Numbered from the stretch's first letter, positions 10,011 to 19,360 are shown. The stretch is DNA of 64,000 bases from Kiritimatiellia bacterium (GCA_012103575.1 WLWN01000001.1:1676538-1740537); one strand, 5' to 3'. The notes: a model not told the origin generated them from the letters alone. Numbers and translations are program-made.

Positions 10011-10976
10011 GTGGATATAGAAAAAGACCCTTGTATCGCCCATTTTATCCGTTATCTCGAAACGGGAAAAAATGCTTCGGAACATACGGTTCATAACTAT
10101 CTTTTAGACATTCGTCAATTTGTCTCTCAGAGTTGGGGTGAGGAGAAAAAAGCCCCTTTTCCCTGGAAAGAAACGGACCGTTTCACAGCTAGAAAATTTC
10201 TTGTTTTCTTCCAAAAATTAGACAGTGCTCCTACAACAACCTCTCGTAAACTTTCGAGTTTAAGGTCGTTTTACAAATTTTTATTACGCGAAGAGTACGT
10301 AACGACCAATCCTTTTACCCATGCTCCTTTGCCCAAAAAAGAAAGTCGATTGCCGCAGGTACTTTCTGTGGATGAAGTAGATCGCTTATTGGCAACACCG
10401 AAACGCTTGATATCGAAAGATGAAAAAACTAAAAAATTATCTAAAAGCATTTGGGATACCTATGCCGCGCTCCGAGATGCGGCGCTATTAGAGATGCTAT
10501 ACAGCACGGGTATGCGTATTAACGAATTAGCTACCTTAACGGCAGGACAAGTTGATATCCTCTCTGGTGTGGTTAAAGTACGAGGAAAAGGTAAAAAAGA
10601 AAGATTGTGTCCTTTGGGAGAGCCCGCGATTCGTGCATTCCAAGAAGCGTTAGATCAACGCGATCTGTTCTGGAGTACCGTTGGTAAGACAGGGCCTCCT
10701 CCAGCACTTTTTCTCAATAAAAATGCGGGTGGCCTAACGGTACGATCGATTGAAAGAGTAATGAAAAAGTATCTAGCCAAAGCGAGTTTGAACATCCATT
10801 ATTCTCCTCATTCACTGCGTCATAGTTTTGCCACCCATATGTTAGATGCAGGTGCAGACTTGCGTAGTGTACAGGAATTGTTGGGCCATAGTAGTCTCTC
10901 AACAACACAGATATATACGCATATATCGGTTCAGCATTTAAAGGAAGTGTATTCAAAATCACACCCACGGGCGTGA
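10011..10976 (+). CDS. xerC: Tyrosine recombinase XerC/XerD family
   Basis: SAM-like N domain (TVHNYLLDIRQF), catalytic motifs [34 protein letters not shown]. Located immediately downstream of topA. Confidence 0.85.
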   Translation: MDIEKDPCIAHFIRYLETGKNASEHTVHNYLLDIRQFVSQSWGEEKKAPFPWKETDRFTARKFLVFFQKLDSAPTTTSRKLSSLRSFYKFLLREEYVTTNPFTHAPLPKKESRLPQVLSVDEVDRLLATPKRLISKDEKTKKLSKSIWDTYAALRDAALLEMLYSTGMRINELATLTAGQVDILSGVVKVRGKGKKERLCPLGEPAIRAFQEALDQRDLFWSTVGKTGPPPALFLNKNAGGLTVRSIERVMKKYLAKASLNIHYSPHSLRHSFATHMLDAGADLRSVQELLGHSSLSTTQIYTHISVQHLKEVYSKSHPRA

Positions 10977-11047
10977 TTTTAGATTGGTTACTGGTTATCG
11001 GTTTTTTATGATACCATTTCCTGACAACCAACAACTGATAACTAACT

Positions 11048-12337
11048 ATGCAATGGTTTCTCTATAATACCCTCTTTGTAATCGGTTTTACGCTTATGCT
11101 TCCCCATTTCTTATACCGAATGTGTAAGCGTGGAGGGTATTTCAAGGATTTTGGACAACGTTTGGGTCTTTATGATGCGGATCTACTTACCCGGTTTAAA
11201 CAGAATAAAAGGATTTGGGTACATGCAGTCAGCGTGGGGGAAGTTTTTGCTGGGTTACGTTTAATGCAAGAGATACGCGCCCGCGTTCCGAATAAACGGT
11301 TTGTTCTTAGTGTTACAACCTCTACCGGGCATGCAATTGCCAGAAAACAGTTATCTGATGCAGATGACTTAGTCTACTTTCCGCTTGATTTTCCTTTTAT
11401 CATTAAAAGGGTTCTGAATTTCCTTCACCCTGAAATGATCATTTTGGTTGAAGCAGAATTTTGGCCTAATTTAATACGAAAGGCTAAAGAAAAAGACATA
11501 CCTCTTGTTTTAGTAAATGGTCGGATCTCAGATTCCTCTTATCGAGGATATTCTAAATTACGCATATTTACCAAAAACATTTTAGGATTAATAAACCCTA
11601 TCTTCGTGCAGAGTCCGGGAGATAAAAAGAAGCTTATAAATCTGGGGGCTCCAGAAGAACAGATTCATGTGATAGGCAGCGCTAAATATGATGTGCCCGA
11701 GCAAGAAATAGCTGGCGAAGAAAAGGCAAAAGAAGTGTTGCACACTGCCTGTATTTCTGACGATGCGGTTATTTTGTTAGGAGGATCTACGTGGGAAGGG
11801 GAAGAAGAGGCCCTCGTGCACATCTATAAACGACTAAAGGAAGATTACCCTTTGTTAACCCTTATACTAGTTCCACGTCATGCTGAACGGTCGGAGGAAG
11901 TGATGAAAACGATTCAGATTGGAGGATTACGAGGGATGCGTCGGACTGATTTGGTGCGGTTAGATTCTGTTTCTGAAGAGAAGCCGGATGTTTTATTGGT
12001 TGATACAACCGGCGAACTGAAACATTTTTATGCGTGTGCTGATATTATTTTTGTGGGTAAAAGTCTCACCCAGCATGGAGGACAGAATATTATTGAACCG
12101 GCATTATATGGAAAACCGATTTTGGTAGGTCCGAACATGGAGAATTTTCCTGTAGTGATGCAAGACTTTCATGATGCTGATGCTATTTGGCAAATAAAAA
12201 CTAAAAAGGATCTTCAAGAGGCTGTCAGATCTTTGCTCCAAAATTCAGATCTGCGCTCAAAATATGGGGAAAATGCAGCTCGGCTCTTGCAAGAAAAACG
12301 GGGTGCGATCCGTGAAACCGTAAATAGGTTTTTATAG
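11048..12337 (+). CDS. waaA: 3-deoxy-D-manno-octulosonic acid (Kdo) transferase
   Basis: N-terminal membrane anchor, WVHAVSVGE motif, and a length (429 aa) and overall pattern typical of WaaA/KdtA. Confidence 0.85.
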   Translation: MQWFLYNTLFVIGFTLMLPHFLYRMCKRGGYFKDFGQRLGLYDADLLTRFKQNKRIWVHAVSVGEVFAGLRLMQEIRARVPNKRFVLSVTTSTGHAIARKQLSDADDLVYFPLDFPFIIKRVLNFLHPEMIILVEAEFWPNLIRKAKEKDIPLVLVNGRISDSSYRGYSKLRIFTKNILGLINPIFVQSPGDKKKLINLGAPEEQIHVIGSAKYDVPEQEIAGEEKAKEVLHTACISDDAVILLGGSTWEGEEEALVHIYKRLKEDYPLLTLILVPRHAERSEEVMKTIQIGGLRGMRRTDLVRLDSVSEEKPDVLLVDTTGELKHFYACADIIFVGKSLTQHGGQNIIEPALYGKPILVGPNMENFPVVMQDFHDADAIWQIKTKKDLQEAVRSLLQNSDLRSKYGENAARLLQEKRGAIRETVNRFL

Positions 12338-12398
12338 ACCTTGCCATCTTTTAGCGGGAATATGAGAAAGCCACGGATAAATGGCTACAAAATTTTTA

Positions 12399-13838
12399 TC
12401 AAATAGCGAAAAACATGGTGATGACAACCAATACTGCGATGATATAGCTTTGCTTATCTTTTACGGCAAATTCCACGGGATCTTCTATCATTTTCTCTCG
12501 CCCAACTAACAACCAGATTCGACAGATCCAATATAAAAGGACCAGACACATCAACCACAAGTATTGAGGACGGCGATACAAGTCCCCTCCCCCACCCGTC
12601 ATACTGTTAATATACAAAGCTAAGATTAATACAGATAAAAAACCGCTTATAACACCAAAATGCGATAACATCTGCAAATCATGGGGATCATAGCCACGGC
12701 CCTTGGTAGTATCTACACCTTTATTTGTCTTATAATGAAGAGCGACATATCGTTTCGCAATCCCCAGACTAAAAAATAGAAAAACAGAAAAGGCTAACAG
12801 CCAAAAAGAAACAGGCACTTCCGCCGCAAGCCCTCCCGAATACATACGAATCGTATAAAAAAAACTCAACATAATAATATCGATTAATGCAATGCGCTTC
12901 AGATAGATCGAATATCCATTTGCCAAGATAAGATAGATGAATACAGCTAGCCCCAAAAAGAGTGAAACAGAAAACGCAACAGACAAGCCAGCCATTAAAA
13001 GAAAGATGAATAAACAAAATCCCCAAGCAATCGGTACATCACTAGCGGCCAATGGTCTCTTCCGTTTTTCAGGATGAACACGATCCGCTGTAAGATCTAA
13101 CAAATCGTTTACAATGTACACACTCGATGCACACAGCCCAAAAGCAAAAAAACCAAAAAAAGCATTCAAAAGTTTATTGAAGTCTGTAATCAGATGAGCA
13201 GCAATAATAGGAACAAAAAGTAAAAGATTTTTGACCCATTGTTGAAGCCGAAGCACACGAATCAATGTTTTTAGCGTAACAGATTTGGTTTCGAAAACAT
13301 CCGTCACAGACACTATTTTGCTCACCTGACGTTGGAAATGCGAAGATCCTACGACAATAGCCGAATGGGCATGTCGCCAAATGGGCACATCAGATTTAGC
13401 ATTTCCTATATAATCATACCCCCCTCTTCCAAACCGATCATCCAGCACTTTTTGCTTTTTAACACCCTTTAAATTAATCGTTTGATCACTCGCTAGCACA
13501 TCGGAAAAAAGGCCCACTTCATCTGCAATCGACCCAGCAATTTGCACATCTGAAGCAGTCACCAAAATCAAAGTCCGGCCCTTTTTTTTTTGCGTCTCTA
13601 AATAGGACAAAACTTCTAAACGATAAGGAAGGGTTTGGGGCTCTATCGTTACTCGCTTCGCCACTTCGTGTTTAAAAGACGCTCTACCTTTTGCCAGCCA
13701 AAAAGGAAGAAACAACACGTAGAAAATTTTTTTCTTGATTAGTAAAAGCAAAGACTCCCAAAGCATATCTGTCTTGAGTAGTGTCCCATCCAAATCTATA
13801 CACAAGGGGATGGCTTTAGATGTCTCTTCTTGAGTCAA
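12399..13838 (-). CDS. HAD-like phosphatase domain fused to a UbiA-family polyprenyl/phosphoribosyl transferase
   Basis: N-terminal LCIDLDGTLLKTD (HAD motif I) and ILVTASD. The C-terminal multi-TM part carries NDLLDLTADRVHPEKRKRPLA, the UbiA Asp-rich motif. Confidence 0.7.
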   Translation of the reverse strand: MTQEETSKAIPLCIDLDGTLLKTDMLWESLLLLIKKKIFYVLFLPFWLAKGRASFKHEVAKRVTIEPQTLPYRLEVLSYLETQKKKGRTLILVTASDVQIAGSIADEVGLFSDVLASDQTINLKGVKKQKVLDDRFGRGGYDYIGNAKSDVPIWRHAHSAIVVGSSHFQRQVSKIVSVTDVFETKSVTLKTLIRVLRLQQWVKNLLLFVPIIAAHLITDFNKLLNAFFGFFAFGLCASSVYIVNDLLDLTADRVHPEKRKRPLAASDVPIAWGFCLFIFLLMAGLSVAFSVSLFLGLAVFIYLILANGYSIYLKRIALIDIIMLSFFYTIRMYSGGLAAEVPVSFWLLAFSVFLFFSLGIAKRYVALHYKTNKGVDTTKGRGYDPHDLQMLSHFGVISGFLSVLILALYINSMTGGGGDLYRRPQYLWLMCLVLLYWICRIWLLVGREKMIEDPVEFAVKDKQSYIIAVLVVITMFFAI

Positions 13839-13878
13839 TGGATAACCTTATATGATACATTTAATTTCATTAGATAAC

Positions 13879-15042
13879 GGTGGACTTTCTAATATGACAC
13901 GCCTATAGAAGACAAAAAAAAGAGAAAGACATGGAACAAATCAAGAGTAGTATTCATCCCCGAAAAGGCAAGCATTTGACACAGAAAGAACGGATCATGA
14001 TTGAAACAATGCTCAAAAACCGAGGACGTCCTTTGGAGATAGCCAGCTATCTGGGAAGGCATCGTCGAACCATAGAGCGCGAAATTAAACGTGGGGAGGT
14101 AGAGCATTTCGATACAGAGCTGCGAAAGAAGAAAGCATACAGCAGTGATCGAGCCCAGGAACTTCATGATCTAAATGCGACGGCCAAGGGACCTGAGCTT
14201 AAGCTTGGAAAGCATCATGAAACGGCCGTGTTTATCAGCGAGCACATTCTTGTTCACAAACGCTCACCCGATGTGGTTGCTCCTTTGCTTAAACAAGAGC
14301 AGAGACCTGCAGCGGTGAGTACAAAAACGCTGTATACCTATATTGACCAAGGTCTCATCCCGGGGGTGAGCAACGAGTCCCTATGGGAAAAACGAAAACG
14401 GATAAAACGAAAAAGACGTGCTATTAAGCGGGTTAAAAAGCAACATGCCCGAAGGACCAGTATCGAAAAACGACCTAAGACCGTAGAAAAACGCGAGGAA
14501 TCTGGGCACTGGGAATTGGATTTGATCGTCGGCGGAAAAGGAACTTCAAAACCGGTTTTAATGACGTTAGTAGAAAGAAAGACCCGAATGCTAAGGGTGA
14601 GAAAACTTTCGGATAAAACACAGGCATCGGTTCTGCAGGCCCTCAAAGCGATCGAAAGATCGATGGGAGTTGGCCCATTCAGATCGATGTTCAAGTCGAT
14701 TACAGCCGATAACGGGAGCGAGTTTCTCGACGTGGAGCAGATGGAACGTTCCGGATTTAGCAAAAAGAGACGTGTTAAACTCTATTATGCTCACCCGTAT
14801 TCTTCCTGGGAACGAGGCTCCAACGAAAATGCCAACCGTATGGTTTGTCGTTTCGTCGCCAAAGGAGACAACATCGGAAAATATACCATCGACCGTATTG
14901 GTGAGATTGAAAAATGGATTAACAACTATCCTCGCAAGATCCTAGAATACAAACCCGCACAGGAGTGTTTCGATTTGGAGATCGCCGCATGAACAGAAGC
15001 TCTCAGGTCCATTTTTTGCGGCATTTAATTTTACAATCCACC
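13879..15042 (+). mobile_element. IS30-family insertion sequence, type B, copy 1
   Basis: Second copy at 42077-43284. The shared right end is ...GCATTTAATTTTACAATCCACC. The left terminus keeps only GGTGGA of the IR; about 45 bp are missing relative to copy 2. Confidence 0.75.
13931..14992 (+). CDS. IS30-family transposase, type B (353 aa)
   Basis: HTH (ERIMIETMLKNRGRPLEIASYLGRHRRTIEREI), HWELD, DNGSEF, ERGSNENANRM, NNYPRKILEYKP. It carries a 15-bp insertion (IKRKR) relative to the copy at 42188. Confidence 0.85.
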   Translation: MEQIKSSIHPRKGKHLTQKERIMIETMLKNRGRPLEIASYLGRHRRTIEREIKRGEVEHFDTELRKKKAYSSDRAQELHDLNATAKGPELKLGKHHETAVFISEHILVHKRSPDVVAPLLKQEQRPAAVSTKTLYTYIDQGLIPGVSNESLWEKRKRIKRKRRAIKRVKKQHARRTSIEKRPKTVEKREESGHWELDLIVGGKGTSKPVLMTLVERKTRMLRVRKLSDKTQASVLQALKAIERSMGVGPFRSMFKSITADNGSEFLDVEQMERSGFSKKRRVKLYYAHPYSSWERGSNENANRMVCRFVAKGDNIGKYTIDRIGEIEKWINNYPRKILEYKPAQECFDLEIAA

Positions 15043-15136
15043 TTGGTGATTTGCTAAAAAACGGAGGTTCCTTTTAAATTTGAATCACAAAAATCTCCAA
15101 TCATCATTTGGAAAAATTGATCAAAAAGGTTCCATC

Positions 15137-16182
15137 CTGCAGACTCAACTTACAAGTGCAAAACCGAAGCTGTCCATCATTTCTTTGGGCGTTCTATATT
15201 CTAAGCATTTTCTCGGTCTATTATTCAGTAACTCCACAGCCATCTCAACTGAGCGGAGCTGCGGGCAGCAAAGTCGGTTTTCTTCGGGAAAAACTGGCGA
15301 AGCAAACCATTCGTGTTTTCGTTGCTCCCTCTTTGCCAAGGGTTTCTCCCTTCAGCAAAGAAAATGGGGGTTGCTATTTTTTTCTGTAGTTTAGCATGGC
15401 TGGCAAACTCCATGCCATTATCTACAGTCACCGTTTTACAGGGGAGCCCTGAATCAGCGAACTGAGGTACGGAACGGTTGACCGATTCGGCATTGCATCG
15501 AGGTAAAAGATCGGCGATGAGATATCGAGTCGCTCGATCTACTAGAGTGACTACACAGGCCTCTTTTCTCGTTTGGCCCTGAATAGTGTCACCTTCCCAA
15601 TGGCCTGCCACCTTGCGACTTTCACCCTCTTCGGGGCGTTGGTCAATCATCGTTTGGTTGTGTATACGTGAATGGCTTTTCCGAGTCGCTCGTTTTTTCT
15701 TTCCGGGGCCACGCAGGTATTTTCGGTAGCCAGCCCCTCTTGGACTGTACAAGTAGCGGTAGATCGTCATTCGACTGATGGGAGGGTCACCTTCTAGCTT
15801 TCTTCGACCTTCAACCTGTTCTGGAGACCAATACTTCGCCAGGAGAGTCTCCACTTGTTCTTTGCTAGCTCCCATCACTTTTTGAGGCTTTCGAGCTAGC
15901 TGTAATCGGCTTTGAGCCAGGCCATTTGCGGGTCTTGGGTAATAGCGGCCACGGACTCGATTACGGCGAAATTCGCGCCAAATAGTCGAGGGGGATCGGC
16001 CCAGGTGACGGCCAATTTGAGATAAGCTATATTTTTCTTTTAGCATCTGGGCTATCACTTCTCGTTCATAACGGTTTAAATGTTCGTAGGTTCGTGGCAT
16101 TCTATGTTCTCCTTTGGGGAGGGTCAGATACCCAAAGAATGAACTATGCTGCGGACCTTTGCACTTGTATTGTTACTCTACC
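15137..16182 (-). mobile_element. IS30-family insertion sequence, type A, copy 2
   Basis: Aligned end to end with 105-1152. It is 1 nt shorter (CAGCCATCTCAAC versus CAGCCCAGCTCAAC). Confidence 0.85.
15145..16100 (-). pseudogene. IS30 type A transposase with a C-terminal frameshift
   Basis: A 1-nt deletion near 15243-15250 splits the ORF into 15225-16100 and 15145-15339. The C-terminal LNNRPRKCLEYRTPKE is now out of frame. Confidence 0.8.
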
Positions 16183-16760
16183 AAAAACGTAGTGTTATCC
16201 GTTGTACCAAGAGGACCTAAGTCTTGATCCGAAGTCCAGGCAGCATGGCCGTCCAAATAGCCACAATTAATTCCGCCCTCATGCGCACGTCCAGCTTGGC
16301 CCGGCGTATAAGGCAGGTCATACACATAGGCCGCTTGTGCATGATCTGTTACCTTCCCCAAACTACGCGTTGTGCCTGGATAGGAACAGAGATAGCCGTT
16401 CAATTCGTATTCCGTATAGAAATTAGCATTCGACATGTAATAATCAGCGTTCCCATCGTTTCCCCGATTAGAGGGACAATCAAAGACTTTATAATGATCT
16501 CCTACATAAGGAAGAAGTTGTTCGGCCCCTCCTCCAAAAGCAAAAGGTCCTGAGCGAAGAGGGAATACAAAAGAATTCTGATCCCCAAACATAAGATTGG
16601 CTGCGGCTGCTATTTGTCGGACATTATTCAAACATTAGGCTTTCCGGGCTTTCTCCCTGGCCGAAGTAGCAAGAGGGATTAACAAGGCCGACAACAGCGC
16701 AATAATGGCTACAACCACCAATAATTCAATAAGCGTAAATGCCTGATTTGGTATTTGATT
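16183..16760 (-). pseudogene. Prepilin-type N-terminal cleavage/methylation domain protein (DUF1559-like), degraded
   Basis: [34 protein letters not shown] is followed by an in-frame TAA (16635-16637) where Q is usual before CLNNVRQIAAA. No start codon lies upstream of the pilin leader. The 3' end is cut by IS30 at 16182, and the stop codon is IS-derived. Confidence 0.75.
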
Positions 16761-16777
16761 GTTTGTGTTTACATAAC

Positions 16778-16879
16778 TTAATGTATAGCCCCGTCCTGAG
16801 ACATATCTTCATAAACCGCTTCATCTTCGGCGATCGCTTCATTATTTTTTTCTGCACTCATCTCATTCTTCGACGTCAT
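16778..16879 (-). CDS. Small acidic ORF (33 aa) overlapping the preceding toxin-like remnant by ATGA; possible antitoxin remnant
   Basis: [33 protein letters not shown]. The ATGA start/stop overlap with the upstream frame is operon-like. No recognisable domain. Confidence 0.2.
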   Translation of the reverse strand: MTSKNEMSAEKNNEAIAEDEAVYEDMSQDGAIH

Positions 16880-17100
16880 CGTCGATACCCTATCAATGGT
16901 TTTCCCTTTAATTCATATGCTGTAATGACAAAAACACTGTTAGGATCAGGCACATAAATTACTCGCAGATATCTTCCTGTTACTGTTCTGACCAATAGTC
17001 ATCCGCGATTCTTCCTTACCTATACGATCTTCACCCGGATTTTTCAACACAAACTTCACCTCCTCCACATCTGTAGAACAATCTGATGACAAAAGGCAGA
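16876..17100 (-). pseudogene. Small toxin-like protein remnant (family uncertain), frameshifted and lacking a start
   Basis: ...STDVEEVKFVLKNPGEDRIGKEE... then, in a shifted frame, [34 protein letters not shown]. The pattern resembles small type II toxin families. Confidence 0.3.
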
Positions 17101-17121
17101 CGGCGTCATATATTTGGAGGC

Positions 17122-17223
17122 ATGAAGATTATCCGTTGGAGGGATCAGAAAAACGAATGGCTGAAACAATATCGTGGTGTATGTTTTGAACAGTTGAGAA
17201 TCTTATCCATGGCTATGGGGTAA
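17122..17223 (+). pseudogene. BrnT/DUF497-like toxin, N-terminal 33-aa fragment
   Basis: MKIIRWRDQKNEWLKQYRGVCFEQL matches the BrnT pattern W-x3-K-x3-N/L-x3-(K/R)-(H/G)-G-V-x-F-E. It then terminates early. Confidence 0.35.
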
Positions 17224-17379
17224 CCTGGAATGTAGCAGAACGGGTGCAGACCTATACGCACCCTTTGTGGAGGGTGTAGGACAAATTTATTGAGACGCAG
17301 AGGTTCCTAGGCTATATCGGTCCCAAATAGTGCATAAAAGTCGCATCAAAAATATTCATGTCATTGAAGCATATATTGA

Positions 17380-19037
17380 CCTGAATCCGTTAGCTATCGC
17401 TTCGGAAGGCGTTTTGGGGCTCAAAAGCTGAAAATTTTTTCCTTGAGATGCTCGCTTTTGGGCGGATTGGGACCGGCAAGTATCACCCTGATGAATTTTT
17501 TGAGCGTACAGGTCAGATTCACTCTGATTTGGCCATTTTGGGGCGTAGGCCTCCTTGGGCAGTCGCCTTAGAGTATTGTTAAAGGTGCACGGAGGGCTAT
17601 GCGAAGGAATGGGCAATATCTTGTATCACTTCAAACCAGCGACAACGCTTGCCAAAGTGAAGTTCAATTCGTCCGGCGTGGCGGACCAATCGAACCGCGC
17701 AATAAACGATATTTTTGAGAACCGTTTTGATTCGCCAGCGCGGGATGTTGATTTTCTGCGGGGCAAGCCCAGCCCGTTTGATGACCTCTTGGCCAAGACC
17801 GCGCAATAGGTTGAAGGCCACCATGGCGCATAACAGAATAATCTTATTGGCACAGGGTCTCCCCGAAGGCAATCGCTCAACATCAAGATCGCTTTTGAGT
17901 TCACTGTGGTACTGCTCGCTGGGGCCATGTCCATGATAGAGATCTAGCACCGTCTTGGCACGACAAGAGAGGTTCGTCCACCAGGTGTTCACCTCAAGTT
18001 TAGGAACCAAAAGTTTCTGACCATCGATATCGATGGTGCGTTCAATCACTTCGAAGGCCACCGGGACACAAGGGTGGTTTTGGTCACCACCGGGATGGAA
18101 ATGATCGAAAAAGCCTGTGTAAACGTTCTTGCCTTCACGACTGTCTTGTTTGTCTCCAACTCGGCGTGCAAGGGCCAGCATTTGTTCAGGACATTCGCGG
18201 CGAGGATTTCGCTTTACGATAAAATAATGATCCCCAAAAGCGTCGAAGTTATCGGCCGCAGCGTTGCCACTATCAAGCCGAAGCAAACATTTTCCACCCA
18301 GGCCCAGGGTTTGGAGCGTTTCAACGCTGCGGGCAATAAACGCGGTCGTTCCCGACTGACAATGTTGTTTGCCGGGTCGAAGTTCGCACTCAAGCATGTG
18401 GCCTTGAGTGCCCACATAGGCAAATATCGGGGCGTAACCATCATGGCCCTTATAGGTGTAGGAAACGCCTTCTTTCGAAGAGCCTGAGTGATCCAAAGGG
18501 CTCACATCGATATCGACGGGAACAAGATCAAGCCCTTCGACATCTACCTAGCCAAAGGGGCCCGAGGAAAGAAGTTCGGTGTTGAGTTTGCGTAGCCCCA
18601 CATGGGTTCTGGCTGGGGGCAGGTCGTCGAAACGACGTCGGAACACCGGCTCAGAGGCTACTTTTTTAACTCCCCTTTTTAAGTCTAAAGGCATTCATAA
18701 AAATCTCATCACCCCGGTACAGGTCGATATCATTGAAATCGGTTCGACCGTTGCAAAGTAAGCCGATCTGGGTAAGGAGGATCTCCCGATCAGAGATCGC
18801 ATCGGAGCGGCGTGGTTGAAAATTGGAGGGAAGAATCCGTTGAGCATGATCCTCAAGCAGCAGGCCGCAAAGATGATTTCCGCTTGTGCTGTTGAGTTCG
18901 CTCTTGCCAGTCTTTATTTTATATTGTTTCATATACACACCTGTTGGGGTGGGGTTGTTTGTTTGAATACGGGTATGCTCCCCGCTTTAGCCCAACAGGT
19001 AATGAAAAATCGTCAGATTTTATCTGACGGATTCAGG
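17380..19037 (-). mobile_element. IS1380-family insertion sequence, copy 1 (1658 bp)
   Basis: Termini are CCTGAATCCGT(C/T)AG inverted repeats. A perfect 5-bp direct repeat ATTGA flanks it at 17375-17379 and 19038-19042. A second 1658-bp copy lies at 56074-57731. Confidence 0.9.
17597..18938 (-). pseudogene. IS1380-family transposase, interrupted (frame change after ...AFRLKKGS, in-frame TAG at 18548-18550)
   Basis: The N-terminal 90-aa ORF (18666-18938), a middle segment KKVASEPVFRRRFDDLPP...GPFG*VDVEGL, and the C-terminal ORF 17597-18505 (SYTYKGHDGYAPIFAY...RLDSGNAAADNF) are colinear but not in one frame. Confidence 0.8.
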
Positions 19038-19198
19038 ATTGACTATAAGGTTCGGTAAGCTCAAAATTTTTCTTAAAATCCCAACTTGATCTTTTTATGG
19101 GGTCTATTTTACCTTAGTTATACTCAACGTTTAGCTAAAATTTTTTTGGAAGGAAACATTCCGCAAGAACGAAAAAAATCTCGAAACAGAATAGGGAT

Positions 19199-19275
19199 TG
19201 GTGGCGAAGGTGGGACTCGAACCCACGACACATGGCTTATGAAGCCACTGCTCTAACCGACTGAGCTACTTCGCC
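19199..19275 (-). tRNA. tRNA-Met (anticodon CAU; elongator or Ile2-type, not initiator-like), CCA encoded
   Basis: Reverse complement is GGCGAAGTAGCTCAGTCGGTTAGAGCAGTGGCTTCATAAGCCATGTGTCGTGGGTTCGAGTCCCACCTTCGCCACCA. It folds as a clean cloverleaf with 7-bp acceptor stem GGCGAAG/CTTCGCC. The anticodon stem has no run of three G-C pairs. Confidence 0.9.
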
Positions 19276-19324
19276 ACAAAAAACATATAACCGTAAGGAA
19301 GTATAATAGGCTTTGTCAATACTC

Positions 19325-19360
19325 AGCCATTCTAATTTTGATTTCAAAATTAGAATGGCT
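19325..19360. promoter_or_regulatory. A/T-rich palindrome upstream of tRNA-Met, next to a TTGACA hexamer
   Basis: AGCCATTCTAATTTTGATTTCAAAATTAGAATGGCT (15-bp arms), about 50 nt upstream of the tRNA 5' end. Related elements occur upstream of tRNA-Val and the SRP RNA. Confidence 0.45.
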
